From NCBI GenBank assembly GCA_044223005.1, contig JBGAML010000012.1, positions 64,001-128,000 of the forward strand: a stretch of 64,000 bases of DNA. The letters run 5' to 3'. This DNA is from Candidatus Eiseniibacteriota bacterium. Its GTDB lineage: Bacteria > Eisenbacteria > RBG-16-71-46. A model generated the notes under the pieces. It was not told the DNA's origin, searched no databases, and saw only the letters and a list, made by a program, of their open reading frames with translations. Shown here in pieces: positions 8,745-20,208 of this stretch; the stretch's first letter is position 1, and the number at the start of each line of letters is the position of its first letter. Both the position numbers and the translations under genes were made by a program.

Positions 8745-10421
8745 GTGACCCGCGCCGCCCGGTCCGCCGCCCTCGCGCTGTCGCTGCTCGCGCTCGTGGC
8801 GGCCGGCTGCGCCCGGCGTCATGCGCCGCCGCCGCGCGACGTGCTGATCGTCTCGCAGGAGCAGCAGGCGTCGTGGGTGCGGAACTTCAACCCGCTCACC
8901 ACCGCCACGGCCGCACGCTGGCCCACGCTGGCCGGGATTTACGAGCCGCTCTTCGTCTTCAACAGCGTGCAGGGCCGCACCGTGCCGTGGCTCGCCGTCG
9001 CGTCGGAGTGGCGCGAGGGCAACCGCGTGCTGCGGGTGTCGCTGCGCGAGGGCGTGCGCTGGTCGGACGGCCGCCCGTTCGGCGCGGACGACGTGGCGTT
9101 CACGTTCGGCCTGCTCAAGCGCTTCCCGGCGCTCGACCGGCGCGGCGTCTGGAGCTTCCTCGACGGCGTGACCGCGGTGGACGCGCACACGGTGGAGTTC
9201 CACTTCCAGCGCGTGTTCATCCCCGGCGCCGACGAGATCGCGGCGCAGCAGATCGTGCCCGAGCACGACTGGAAGCACGTGAAGGATCCGGTGACGTTCA
9301 CGAACGAGCACCCGGTCGGCACCGGGCCGTTCACCGAGGTGCGCACGTTCCAGAACCAGGTGTTCGAGCTCGGCCGTAACCCGCACTACTGGCAGCCCGG
9401 GGTCCCGAAGGTCTCGGCGCTGCGCTTCCCCGCGTTCCCCGGCAACGACCGTGCGAACCTCGCGCTGGTGTTCGACGAGGTCGACTGGGCGGGCAACTTC
9501 GTTCCCGCGATCGACCGCGTCTACGTTCAGCGCAAGCCGGCCGCGCACGGCTACTGGTTCCCGCTGACGGGCAGCAGCATCTTCCTCTACGCGAACACGA
9601 CCCGCGCGCCGTTCTCGGACCGCAACGTGCGCAAGGCGCTCAGCATGGCGATCGACCGCGACCTGCTCGTGGACGTGGCGCTCTACCGCTACTCGCGGCC
9701 CGCGGACGCCACCGGGCTCTCCGACGCGTACTCGACGTGGCGCGACTCGACCGCGGTCGCGAACGGTGGGTGGGTGCGCCACGACCTGGCGCGCGCGTCG
9801 GCGATGCTGGATTCCGCGGGCTTCCGCCGCGGCGCCGACGGCAAGCGCCATCGCCCCGACGGCCGGCCGTGGAACTACGAGATCCTCACCGTGTCGGGCT
9901 GGTCCGACTGGGTGCGCGCGGCGCAGGTGATCGCGCGCGGCCTGCGCGACCTCGGGATCGACGCGACCGTGCGCACGTACGACTTCAGCGCATGGTTCCA
10001 GAAGGTGCAGGAAGGCGACTTCGACCTGACGCTCGGCTGGTCGTTCGAAGGCCCGACGCCCTACACCTTCTATCACTGGCTCATGGCCTCCGCGACGGTG
10101 AAGCCCGCCGGCACCGCGTCGATGGGCAACTGGCACCGCTTCGGCAGCCCCGAGGCGGACCGCGCGCTGCTCGCGTTCGAGACCGCGGCCGATTCGGCGT
10201 CGCAGCACCGGCTGTGCGCCGACCTGCAGCGCGTGTTCGTCGCCGAGGCGCCGGCCATCCCGCTCTACCCGAACCCCTCGTGGGCCGAGTACAACTCCGG
10301 CCGCTTCTCCGGCTTCCCCGGACCCACGAACCCGTACGCGGACGCCTCGCCCAACAAGTTCGACCGCGGCGAGGTCCTGCTCGTGCTGACGACGCTCGCC
10401 CCCCGCGGGGAGGCCCGATGA
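8745..10421 (+). CDS. ABC transporter substrate-binding lipoprotein, family 5 (OppA/DppA-like; probably oligosaccharide-binding)
   Basis: Lipobox VAAGC; NFNPL, IYEPL, LREGVRWSDGRPFGADDVAFTF, PVGTGPF, VRKALSMAIDR, GWSDW. Confidence 0.92.
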   Translation: MTRAARSAALALSLLALVAAGCARRHAPPPRDVLIVSQEQQASWVRNFNPLTTATAARWPTLAGIYEPLFVFNSVQGRTVPWLAVASEWREGNRVLRVSLREGVRWSDGRPFGADDVAFTFGLLKRFPALDRRGVWSFLDGVTAVDAHTVEFHFQRVFIPGADEIAAQQIVPEHDWKHVKDPVTFTNEHPVGTGPFTEVRTFQNQVFELGRNPHYWQPGVPKVSALRFPAFPGNDRANLALVFDEVDWAGNFVPAIDRVYVQRKPAAHGYWFPLTGSSIFLYANTTRAPFSDRNVRKALSMAIDRDLLVDVALYRYSRPADATGLSDAYSTWRDSTAVANGGWVRHDLARASAMLDSAGFRRGADGKRHRPDGRPWNYEILTVSGWSDWVRAAQVIARGLRDLGIDATVRTYDFSAWFQKVQEGDFDLTLGWSFEGPTPYTFYHWLMASATVKPAGTASMGNWHRFGSPEADRALLAFETAADSASQHRLCADLQRVFVAEAPAIPLYPNPSWAEYNSGRFSGFPGPTNPYADASPNKFDRGEVLLVLTTLAPRGEAR

Positions 10422-11401
10422 AGTTCCTCCTGCGCCGGCTCGGCTTCTACGCGATCGCGGCCTGGGTCGCGCTGACGCTCAACTTCTTCCTGCCGCGTCT
10501 CATGCCCGGCGATCCCGCGACGGCACTGTTCGCTCGCTTCCGCGGCCGGCTCGCGCCCGAGGCCATGCAGGCGCTGCGCGAGACGTTCGGGCTCACGCCC
10601 GCGCCGCTCTGGAAGCAGTACCTCACGTACCTCGCGCATGCGCTCCGCGGCGACTTCGGGATCTCGGTCGCCTACTTCCCCACGCCGGTGACGCACGTGA
10701 TCGGCACCGGGCTCGCATGGACGATCTTCCTCGCCGGCACCGCGGTGGTGGTGAGCTTCGCGATCGGCACGCTGCTCGGCGTCGCGTCCGCGTGGTGGCG
10801 TCGCGGCTGGGCCGACGCGCTGCTGCCACCGACGCTCGTCTTCCTCGGCGCGCTGCCCTACTTCTGGCTCGCGATGGTCCTGCTCTACATGCTCGGGTTC
10901 ACGCTCGGCTGGTTCCCGCTCGGCCACGCCTACGCCGACGACCGCACGCCCGCATGGTCCTTCTCGTTCGCGGCCGACGTCGCGGCGCACGCCGTGCTGC
11001 CCGTGGGCTCGATCGTGCTCGCCACGCTGGGCGGCTGGGTGCTGTCGATGCGCAACACGATGATCTCGGTGCTCGGCTCGGACTACGTGAACCTCGCGCG
11101 CGCCAAGGGCCTCTCACCCGCGCGCGTCGTCCTGCGCTATGCCGCGCGCAACGCGCTGCTGCCGAGCATCACCAGCTTCGGCATGGCGCTGGGCTTCGTG
11201 CTCGGCGGCTCGCTGCTGACGGAGATCGTGTTCTCCTATCCCGGGCAGGGCTACCTGCTCGTGCAGGCCGTCCGCAACCAGGACTATCCGCTGATGCAGG
11301 GCATCTTCCTCGTCATCACGCTCGCCGTGCTGGGCGCCAACTGGCTGGTCGACGCCGTCTACCTGTGGCTCGACCCGCGCATCCGGGACAGCGCATCGTG
11401 A
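10418..11401 (+). CDS. ABC transporter permease (OppB/DppB-like)
   Basis: LNFFLPRLMPGDP, GDFGIS, ARAKGL, RNALLP, EIVFSYPG, DYPLMQG, LDPRI. Confidence 0.95.
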   Translation: MKFLLRRLGFYAIAAWVALTLNFFLPRLMPGDPATALFARFRGRLAPEAMQALRETFGLTPAPLWKQYLTYLAHALRGDFGISVAYFPTPVTHVIGTGLAWTIFLAGTAVVVSFAIGTLLGVASAWWRRGWADALLPPTLVFLGALPYFWLAMVLLYMLGFTLGWFPLGHAYADDRTPAWSFSFAADVAAHAVLPVGSIVLATLGGWVLSMRNTMISVLGSDYVNLARAKGLSPARVVLRYAARNALLPSITSFGMALGFVLGGSLLTEIVFSYPGQGYLLVQAVRNQDYPLMQGIFLVITLAVLGANWLVDAVYLWLDPRIRDSAS

Positions 11402-12321
11402 GCGCCGGCGTGCTGGGCCCCTGGATCGACGCGATCCGCCGCGACCGCAAGGCGTCGGTGGGCGCGGCGGTACTGGCGCTGTTCGCGCTGGTGAGCGTGT
11501 TCGGGCCGCTGTTCGTGGGCGACCCGCAGGCGCTGGTCGGGATCCCGCTGCAGCCGCCCTCGTGGCACCACCTCCTCGGCACCACGGGCCAGGGCCAGGA
11601 CGTGTTCGCGCAGCTGGTGGTGGGCACGCGCATCTCGCTCGCGATCGGGTTCGGGGTCGGCATCGCGGTCGTGCTGATCGGCGCGCTGGTCGGCATCGCC
11701 GCGGGCTACTACGGCGGCCGGGTGGATGGGCTGCTGTCGCTGCTCTTCAACGTCTTCCTCGTGATCCCGGGCCTGCCACTGGCGATCGTGATCGCCGCCT
11801 ACCTGCCCTCGGGCCCTTCGACGCTCGCGCTGGTGCTCATCGTGACGGGCTGGGCGTGGAACGCGCGCGTCGTCCGGGCGCAGACGCTCTCGGCGCGCAA
11901 GCGCGACTACGTCTCCGCGGCCATCGTCACGGGCGAGTCGGACCTGCGCATCCTGGCGCACGAGATCCTGCCGACCATGACCTCGCTGCTGGTCGCGCAG
12001 GTGATCGGCAGCACGATCTACGCGATCGGCGCGCAGGTGGGGCTCGAGTTCCTCGGCCTGGGCGACGTCTCGGCCGTGACCTGGGGCACCAACCTCTACT
12101 GGGCGCAGAACGACTCCGCGCTGCTCACCGGCGCGTGGTGGACGTTCGCCCCGACCGGTCTCTGCGTCGCGCTCGTGGGCTTCGGGCTCAGCATGCTGAA
12201 CTCCGGGTTCGACGAGATCACCAACCCGCGCCTGCAGCTCGAGCGCGCCTGGCGGCGCCACCTCGAGCAGCGTGGCGTCGCGCCGTCCCTCTCGACCCCG
12301 GTGGTGCGCGACCATGAGTGA
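11398..12321 (+). CDS. ABC transporter permease (OppC/DppC-like)
   Basis: PPSWHHLLGTTGQGQDV, ARVVRAQTLS, LEFLGLG, WWTFAPTG, DEITNPRL. Confidence 0.95.
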   Translation: MSAGVLGPWIDAIRRDRKASVGAAVLALFALVSVFGPLFVGDPQALVGIPLQPPSWHHLLGTTGQGQDVFAQLVVGTRISLAIGFGVGIAVVLIGALVGIAAGYYGGRVDGLLSLLFNVFLVIPGLPLAIVIAAYLPSGPSTLALVLIVTGWAWNARVVRAQTLSARKRDYVSAAIVTGESDLRILAHEILPTMTSLLVAQVIGSTIYAIGAQVGLEFLGLGDVSAVTWGTNLYWAQNDSALLTGAWWTFAPTGLCVALVGFGLSMLNSGFDEITNPRLQLERAWRRHLEQRGVAPSLSTPVVRDHE

Positions 12322-13291
12322 CCCCCTGCTCTCGATCCGCGCGCTCGACGTGGACTACGTCACCGGCTCCGGCCCCGTGCGCGCGATCGACCGCGTGTCG
12401 CTGGACGTCGGTGCCGGCGAGATCCTCGGCATCGCCGGCGAGTCGGGCAGCGGCAAGTCGACGCTCGCCCAGACGATCCTTCGCATCCTGCCGCCGCCGG
12501 CCGTCGTCTCGGGCGGCTCGATCCGGTTCGAAGGCCGCGACCTGCTGGAGCTCTCCGAACCCGAGCTGCGCGCCGTGCGCTGGAACCGCATCTCGATGGT
12601 GTTCCAGAGCGCGATGGACGCGCTCAATCCGGTGCTCACGATCGCCGAGCAGATCGTCGACACGCTGCAGGCGCACACGCGCACCTCGCCGCGCGCGGCG
12701 CGCGACCGCGCCGCGGAGCTGCTCGAGATGGTCGGCATCCCCGCGTCGCAGCTGGACCGCTACGCCCACCAGCTCTCGGGCGGCATGCGGCAGCGGGTCG
12801 GCATCGCGCTCGCGCTGGCGCTGCAGCCGGCGCTCGTGATCCTCGACGAGCCGACGACGGCGCTGGACGTGATCGTGGAGCGCGAGATCCTGGAGCAGAT
12901 CCGCGAGCTGCAGGCGAAGCTCGGGTTCTCGGTGCTCTTCATCACGCACGACCTCGGCCGCATGCTGCAGTTCTCCGACCGCGTCGCGATCTTCTACGCC
13001 GCTCGGCTCGCGGAGGTCGGCCCGGCCCACGCGCTCGAGGCCGGCGCGGCGCACCCTTACACCCGCGGGCTGATGCGCGCGTTCCCGTCGCTGCACGGCG
13101 ACGCCGGCAGCCGCGAGAGCATCCCCGGCTCGCCGCCCAGCCTGCAGCGCCCGCCGTCGGGCTGCCGGTTCCATCCGCGCTGCCCGCTCGCGACCGCGCG
13201 CTGCCGCGCCGAGCGCCCCGAGCCCGTCACGATCGCGCCAGGTCACGTGGCGGCCTGCTTCGAGACCGCCGCGGCGCTCGCGTCGCGCTGA
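12314..13291 (+). CDS. ABC transporter ATP-binding protein (OppD/DppD-like)
   Basis: GESGSGKST, LSGGMRQR, ILDEPTTALD, ITHD, HPYT, GCRFHPRCP. Confidence 0.95.
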   Translation: MSDPLLSIRALDVDYVTGSGPVRAIDRVSLDVGAGEILGIAGESGSGKSTLAQTILRILPPPAVVSGGSIRFEGRDLLELSEPELRAVRWNRISMVFQSAMDALNPVLTIAEQIVDTLQAHTRTSPRAARDRAAELLEMVGIPASQLDRYAHQLSGGMRQRVGIALALALQPALVILDEPTTALDVIVEREILEQIRELQAKLGFSVLFITHDLGRMLQFSDRVAIFYAARLAEVGPAHALEAGAAHPYTRGLMRAFPSLHGDAGSRESIPGSPPSLQRPPSGCRFHPRCPLATARCRAERPEPVTIAPGHVAACFETAAALASR

Positions 13292-13310
13292 TCGCGGTCC
13301 CCCGGAACGC

Positions 13311-13346
13311 CGAAGCCGCCGCGCGGTCCCCCGCGCGGCGGCTTCG
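13311..13346. terminator. 16-bp perfect stem-loop between convergent operons
   Basis: CGAAGCCGCCGCGCGG-TCCC-CCGCGCGGCGGCTTCG; no clear U-tract. Confidence 0.7.
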
Positions 13347-13361
13347 CGTATCGGCCCGGGA

Positions 13362-16300
13362 CTACATCCCGAGCTTCAGGTACGTGCGGAACTCCCACTC
13401 GTTGCCGTTGGGATCGCCGTCCAGGCCCGCGTAGCGCGGCGAGTACGGGTCCAGCGAGCGCCAGATCGCCCGCACGCCGATCCGCGTCTGCGGATTGGTG
13501 GCGAACCACTGGGGCGTGCCGAGCGAGTGCGAGACGTCGCCCATCAGCTGCACCGGGTACGTCAGGTTGTAGTCGCGGTAGTAGTCGTACGGGCCGAAGT
13601 CGTCGAACTTGGCGTACGCCTCGACCGACGTGTTCGCCCCGGCCACGTGCAGGTCGACGCCCTTGCGCGTCACGATCCGCGGATCGGGCGCGATGCTGGG
13701 CTCCGCCGTGCCGTACCACGCGTGCGCCACGAGGTGGATCCGCTTCGGCAGGTTGGCGATCACGCGCGAGTTGAGTTCCCAGAGGTCGCGTGGCGGCGTG
13801 GTGGTCGTGGTGGAGAAGTACGTGACGCCGTCCGACAGGAAGCCGACCGCGCCGTCCATGCCCGTCCGGAAGTGCCGGTAGGTGAACCCGAGGTTCGCGG
13901 CGAGCGTCGCGTCCTCGCGCTGCTCGTTGTCCCACGCGTACGCCCACGTCGCGGGCGTCGGGTCCCACGTGAGCAGCATCTCCATGCCGTGCATGTCGCG
14001 GTTCGCGCGCACGGCGAACGGATCGTCGAAGATGTTGCGCAGCACGCCGGGCGAGCGCGCGTCGGGCGGCATGGGACCGACGATCGGGCGCTGCCAGAGG
14101 AAGTTCGGCCCGACCTGCAGCTTGCCGAAGCCGTAGACGAAACCGCCGATCACGTTGCGCTGGTTGCCCGAGCCCGAGTCCTTGAGGTTCCAGCCCGTGT
14201 ACGTGGTGACCGCGGTCGGACCCGCGTCGGCCACGAGGCCCATCGCCGCGGCCTGCGCGTACCACATGAGCCGCTTCACCGAACCCGAGAGCTTGATCTT
14301 GCCACCGTACGTGTCGGCGCGGTGGACGACGTCGCGCAGGATCCGGCCGTCGGAGCCGACGACCTGGAAGTCCTGGTCCACCTTGTTCGCGCCGGCCCAG
14401 ATGCCGCCGGCCTCGATCGTGAGCTTGCCGCGCGTCGTCTTGACCTGGAACGTCGTCTTCGTCGTGGGCTTCACGGGAATCGACGCCGCGGTCGTCGCTT
14501 CGCCCTGCAGCGCGAGGTCGTGCTCGTAGACGACCGACGCGTCGAAGCGGCCGAGGCCGTGGCGGTACTTGGCCATCACCGCCGGGTTGGCGCCCCACCA
14601 GAGCTGCGGACCGACCGCGAGCTTGAGGCCGTTCAGCCGCCGCTTGCCCGCGAGTTCCACGCCCACGGGCGCATCGGCGTCGTAGAGGTCGATGTTGGGG
14701 CCGTAGTTCGCCTCGCGATACAGCCCGAAGAAGTCGCCCTCGTAGCCCCAGTGGTAGTGGCCCGTGCGATAGAACGCGTCGGCCGTGTACCAGCGGTCGT
14801 CCCACGACATGCTGCCCTGGTAGACCTTCACGCGATCGGTGCTGCGGTTCTCGTAGAAGATGTGGTCGATCGGGTTCTGCGGCACGTTGCCGCGGATGTT
14901 GAGCGACAGCTTCGCGGTGACGGTCGGATCCGGGTTCACCTGGAAGTCGGTGTAGAACGACTGGAACTTGTCGTAGCCGTGGAACGGCGGGTCGCCGTAC
15001 ACCGGCGTCTCGGTGAGGTTGCTGCCCGTGCTGATCGTCTCGAAGTCCATGCGCACGCCGGACACCCGCGCGCGCTCGAGCACGCCGACCGCCGACGCCG
15101 CCTGGTCGCCGCGCGCCTGCAGCGCGGCCATGCCGGGCGTGATCGTGGCGAACGTCGTGCGGATCGCGTCGGTCGTCGAGCCGGGGGCGTACGGATCCAT
15201 CGCGAACACGGTCCGCATCGCGTAGTACGCCGCGCGCGGGTAGAGCTCGTAGAGGCCGCGGCCGTCGGGGAAGCCCTTCGCGCAGATCCCCCACCACTCC
15301 TCGTTCATGTTGTTCTCGCCCTGCACGAAGTCGTCGGTGTAGCCGCCGTCGGGCCAGGACGCGTTCGCGTCGTGGACGTCGAGCCGCTCCTCCTGCTTGA
15401 ACTTCCACCAGCCGTCGGACCACTGGAAGATGCAGCCGCCGATCGCGTTGCCTTCTTGCCCGTGCCCGGCGGTCTTCTCGTAGATCTCGCGCCACTGCCC
15501 GACCAGGAACTTCGCCTGCATCGCCTGGTCCTCGCGCTGCTCCTTCGAGTTGAACGCGTCGCAACCGAACTCGGTGTACATGATCGGGATGCCGAGCGTG
15601 TCGTGGACGCGGCGGTAGAGGTCGCCGGCGGAGATGCCGCGATAGACGTTGGTGCCGAACACGTCGAGCCCCTTGCACTCCGAGGCGACGAGGTCGAGGT
15701 ACTGGAGGTCGCCGTTGGCGATCGCCACCGGCACCGACGGATCCTGCGCCTTGGTCGCGCGGGCGATTTCGCCGAAAAGCGAGTAGAGGAACTTCGCGCG
15801 GGCCTTGTCGCGCTCGCCCTTGGGCAGCGCCTCGATCTCGAACGAGCTCCAGGACAGGCCGTAGTTGTTCTCGTTGCCGAGCAGGTACATGAGCACGCCG
15901 GGCGTGCCCTGGTACGTCTTCACCATCGCCGCGACGTCGGTCGCGAGCATGGTCCGGACGCGCGGGTCGGAGTAGTCGATCGCCGGCGTCCACACGCCGT
16001 CGATCGTGAGCCCGTAGCGGCCGACCGTGTGGTTCACGATGCACCAGATGCCGTAGCGGTCGTGGATGTACTTCACCCAGCGCGGCGGGATGCCGTTGGC
16101 GACGCGGATCGCGTTCACGCCCATGCCGGCGAGGAGCGACATCTCACGGTCGAGCGCGGTCGTGATCACGTCCTCGGGCTGGCGGAAGAGATCGAACGCG
16201 TAGTTCTGCCCGATCGGGATGTAGTCCCAGTTCATGCCCTTCACGAGGAAGTCGCGGCCATTCACCTGCAGCCGCGAACCGCTCGCGTCGGTCACGACGC

Positions 16301-16433
16301 GAACCACGTCCCGTGCGGGCGCAGCGTCCTCGGCGTGTGCGGCGCCGGCGGCAAACGCCAGCAGCACGAGCGCGGGCGCGAGCCAACGGATCGTTCCGGT
16401 GAACGAGGGCCGGGTGGGGCGATTCGTGCTCAC
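13362..16433 (-). CDS. Signal-peptide protein: clan GH-A (GH2-TIM/GH158-like) glycoside hydrolase fused to a putative outer-membrane beta-barrel
   Basis: GTG overlaps GH1 stop, GAGGAG RBS; signal peptide ending AGAAHA; LQVNGRDFLVKGMNW, GVNAIRV, LLGNEN (acid/base), MYTEFG (nucleophile), FQWSDGWWK; C-terminal half made of amphipathic strands ending WEFRTYLKLGM. Confidence 0.75.
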   Translation of the reverse strand: MSTNRPTRPSFTGTIRWLAPALVLLAFAAGAAHAEDAAPARDVVRVVTDASGSRLQVNGRDFLVKGMNWDYIPIGQNYAFDLFRQPEDVITTALDREMSLLAGMGVNAIRVANGIPPRWVKYIHDRYGIWCIVNHTVGRYGLTIDGVWTPAIDYSDPRVRTMLATDVAAMVKTYQGTPGVLMYLLGNENNYGLSWSSFEIEALPKGERDKARAKFLYSLFGEIARATKAQDPSVPVAIANGDLQYLDLVASECKGLDVFGTNVYRGISAGDLYRRVHDTLGIPIMYTEFGCDAFNSKEQREDQAMQAKFLVGQWREIYEKTAGHGQEGNAIGGCIFQWSDGWWKFKQEERLDVHDANASWPDGGYTDDFVQGENNMNEEWWGICAKGFPDGRGLYELYPRAAYYAMRTVFAMDPYAPGSTTDAIRTTFATITPGMAALQARGDQAASAVGVLERARVSGVRMDFETISTGSNLTETPVYGDPPFHGYDKFQSFYTDFQVNPDPTVTAKLSLNIRGNVPQNPIDHIFYENRSTDRVKVYQGSMSWDDRWYTADAFYRTGHYHWGYEGDFFGLYREANYGPNIDLYDADAPVGVELAGKRRLNGLKLAVGPQLWWGANPAVMAKYRHGLGRFDASVVYEHDLALQGEATTAASIPVKPTTKTTFQVKTTRGKLTIEAGGIWAGANKVDQDFQVVGSDGRILRDVVHRADTYGGKIKLSGSVKRLMWYAQAAAMGLVADAGPTAVTTYTGWNLKDSGSGNQRNVIGGFVYGFGKLQVGPNFLWQRPIVGPMPPDARSPGVLRNIFDDPFAVRANRDMHGMEMLLTWDPTPATWAYAWDNEQREDATLAANLGFTYRHFRTGMDGAVGFLSDGVTYFSTTTTTPPRDLWELNSRVIANLPKRIHLVAHAWYGTAEPSIAPDPRIVTRKGVDLHVAGANTSVEAYAKFDDFGPYDYYRDYNLTYPVQLMGDVSHSLGTPQWFATNPQTRIGVRAIWRSLDPYSPRYAGLDGDPNGNEWEFRTYLKLGM

Positions 16434-17817
16434 GAGTGTCTCCTCGAGTCGCTCATCGAGGCGTTCCGCCCGGCGGCGTGACGCGCGATGAAGTCGCGAT
16501 ACCAGTGAGCGCTCGCGCGAGGCGTGCGTCGCTGGGTGACGTAGTCCACGTGGAAGAGGCCGAAGCGCTTGGCGAACCCCTGCCCCCATTCGAAGTTGTC
16601 CATGAACGACCAGGCGAAGTAGGCCTCGAGCGGCACGCCGTCGGCGATCGCCTGCGCCGCGGCTTCGAGGTGGTCCCGCAGGAATGCCACGCGCCGGGCG
16701 TCGTCGATCGGGACGGCGCTACCGGGCGGATCGGGGAACGCGGCCCCGTTCTCGGTGACGTGGATGCGGGCCGGAGCGTATTCGCGCGTGACGCGGAGCA
16801 GCACCTCGCGCAGGCCCGCCGGCCAGACCTCCCAGCCCATGTCCGTCAGCTCGTGGCGGGGCACCATCGGCACGGATTCGGGCCGGCCGTTCGCGCCCGG
16901 CCGGATCACGTTCCGGCTGTAGTAGTTGATGCCCAGGAAATCGATCGGCGCGGCGATCGCGGCCATGTCGCCCGCGAGCGCGAAGTCGAGCTCGGGCCCG
17001 CGCAGGTGCCCGTGGCGCACGCGGTCCGCGACCGCGTCGGCCGGGTATCGGCCGTGGAAGATCGGATCGAGGAACCAGCGGTTGAAGAAGCCGTCGTACT
17101 CGCGCGCGGCGTCACGATCGGCCGCCGACTCCGAGGCCGGCTGCACCGCGGTGAGGATGTTCACGATCCCGACCTGCGCCCCGGGAGCGTTGCGGCGGAC
17201 CACCGGCAGCGCGCGCCCGTGCGAGAGCAGCAGGTGGTGCGCGACGCGCAGCGAGGCCTCCGGCGAGCGCAACCCGGGCGCATGCACGCCGGTCTCGTGC
17301 CCGAGATGCGAGACGCACCAGGGCTCGTTGTGCGTCGCCCAGTGCTGCACGCGATCGCCGAGCCGCCGGCTCACCGCGTCGGCGTAGTCCACGAACGCGT
17401 CCACGGTGGAGCGTGCGTACCAGCCGCCCTGGTCCTGCAGCGCCTGCGGCAGGTCCCAGTGATCGAGCGTCACGTGCGGCGTGATCCCGGCTTCGAGCAG
17501 CGCGTCCACCATCGCGTCGTAGGTCGCGAGCCCGGCCGCGAGCGGCGTGCCACGCCCGCTCGGCAGGACGCGCGGCCACGCGATCGAGAAGCGGTAGGCG
17601 TTGACGCCGAGGCCGGCGAGCAGCGCGAAGTCGTCGCGCCAGCGGCGCCAGTGGTCGCACGCGACCCGCGGGTCCGTGCCGTCGGCGATGTTGCCCGGGA
17701 TGCTCGCGAAACGGTCCCAGACGGACTCGCCGCGGCCGCCCTCGTCGACGGCGCCCTCGATCTGGGCGGCCGATGTGGCGACGCCGAACAGGAATCCGGG
17801 CGGGAACGCGGTCGAGC

Positions 17818-17821
<4 letters not shown>
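16430..17821 (-). CDS. bglA: GH1 beta-glucosidase (cytoplasmic)
   Basis: FPPGFLFGVATSAAQIEGA, YRFSIAWPR, HWDLPQ, THNEP, VTENG, WSFMDNFEW, KRFGL. Confidence 0.95.
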
Positions 17822-18846
<1,025 letters not shown>

Positions 18847-18871
18847 GGGCGTTTCGACCTCCGAAGAAACT

Positions 18872-18921
18872 ACTTTGTTCGCACGTCGAACATAGTCTAG
18901 GATTTCTGTCGTGGAAGTCAA
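18872..18921 (-). promoter_or_regulatory. sigma70-like promoter (TTGACT-N16-TAGACT) overlapped by a 25-bp palindromic operator (candidate ROK repressor site 2)
   Basis: Operator ACTTTGTTCGCACGTCGAACATAGT at 18872-18896 (+); -35 at 18916-18921 and -10 at 18894-18899 on the minus strand. Confidence 0.72.
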
Positions 18922-19156
18922 GGGGAACGGCTCGCCGCGACGCCGGAACGCGCCTCTCACGCGCATCGGCGGGCGGATTCCCCGGAGCGAATCACCGCGG
19001 GCGCGAGCCCGCGGACGCCGGAAGTGAACCGTCCGGCGCGTCGCGAGGCAACCCACGAATGGTGCGGGCTCGAACGCCCGTCCCGCTCGCCGGCGGTCCC
19101 GGACGCCACGGACGCGATCGTGCCCCCGCTGCATCCCATCCGAGGAGGTTCCACCC

Positions 19157-20131
19157 ATGTTTCGTCGCCTGATCCCGGTCGCCGCGGCGGCGCTGCTCCT
19201 GATCGCGCCCGTCGCGAGCCATGCCGCCCTCTCGGCCTACACGCAGAGCTTCGAGTCGCTGGTCCAGGCCGATCCCAACGCGCTCGCGAGCGACGGTTGG
19301 CTCGTGTTCGGCAACGTCTTCAATGGCACGACCAACGCCTACCTGTACGGCTACGGCCCGTACCCGGCGCCGAACGGCACCGGATTCTTTTGCGGGGTCG
19401 ACGCCGGCCAGGGCGGCCCGGACCAGGGCCTGCAGCAGCTGAGCGTCTACAGCGACTACAACAACACCGATCACGCCAACGGCAATTGGATCGAGTCGAA
19501 CGTGTATCGCGAACAGACGATCGCGCAGTCCGACGTGGGCAGCACCTGGACGTTCCAGTTCGACGCCAAGCTCGGCAACCTCGCCGGCGCTTCGACCGCG
19601 TGGGCGTTCATCAAGACGCTCGATCCCGCGAACGGCTACATCACGACGAACTTCCTGCAGGTTTCCACGACGGCGATCCCGACGACCTGGAACACCTACT
19701 CGACGCAGATCACGATCACGCAGGGACTCGTGGGCCAGCTGTTCCAGATCGGGTTCGCGAGCCGCGCCACGCACTACGAGGGCTCGGCCGTGTTCTACGA
19801 CAACGTGGTGCTGTCCAAGAACACCACGGGCGTCACGCCGGGCCCGGTCGCGAACCGGCTCGACCTGCGCCTCGCGTCGCCGAACCCGGTCGTGGGCCAG
19901 GCGAACCTCGACTGGTCGCTGCCGGCCGCGGGCAACGCCGAGCTCGCCGTGTACGACGTGACGGGCCGCCGCGTCGTCTCGCTGTTCCACGGCATCGCCG
20001 ACGCCGGCCTGCACCGTGCGACCTGGGACGGCCGCACGAGCGACGGCCTCCGGGCGCCCGCGGGCGTCTACCGCGCCGTGCTCCGCACGAGCTCGGGCCT
20101 GACGTCGCGCAGCCTCGTCATCGGTCTCTGA
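19157..20131 (+). CDS. Secreted jelly-roll/CBM-like protein with C-terminal FlgD-Ig/T9SS-like CTD
   Basis: GAGGAGG RBS; signal peptide ending ASHA; SAVFYDNV; CTD SPNP...AVYDVTGRRV...WDG...PAGVYRAVL. Confidence 0.75.
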   Translation: MFRRLIPVAAAALLLIAPVASHAALSAYTQSFESLVQADPNALASDGWLVFGNVFNGTTNAYLYGYGPYPAPNGTGFFCGVDAGQGGPDQGLQQLSVYSDYNNTDHANGNWIESNVYREQTIAQSDVGSTWTFQFDAKLGNLAGASTAWAFIKTLDPANGYITTNFLQVSTTAIPTTWNTYSTQITITQGLVGQLFQIGFASRATHYEGSAVFYDNVVLSKNTTGVTPGPVANRLDLRLASPNPVVGQANLDWSLPAAGNAELAVYDVTGRRVVSLFHGIADAGLHRATWDGRTSDGLRAPAGVYRAVLRTSSGLTSRSLVIGL

Positions 20132-20142
20132 TCGCGCCCACG

Positions 20143-20181
20143 GACGGGCGGCCGCTTCCCGCGGCCGCCCGTCGTGGTTTT
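20143..20181 (+). terminator. Intrinsic terminator-like hairpin
   Basis: GACGGGCGGCCGC-TTCCC-GCGGCCGCCCGTC followed by GTGGTTTT. Confidence 0.6.
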
Positions 20182-20208
20182 CCCCCCGTCATCGCCGAGG
20201 AGTCGCCC

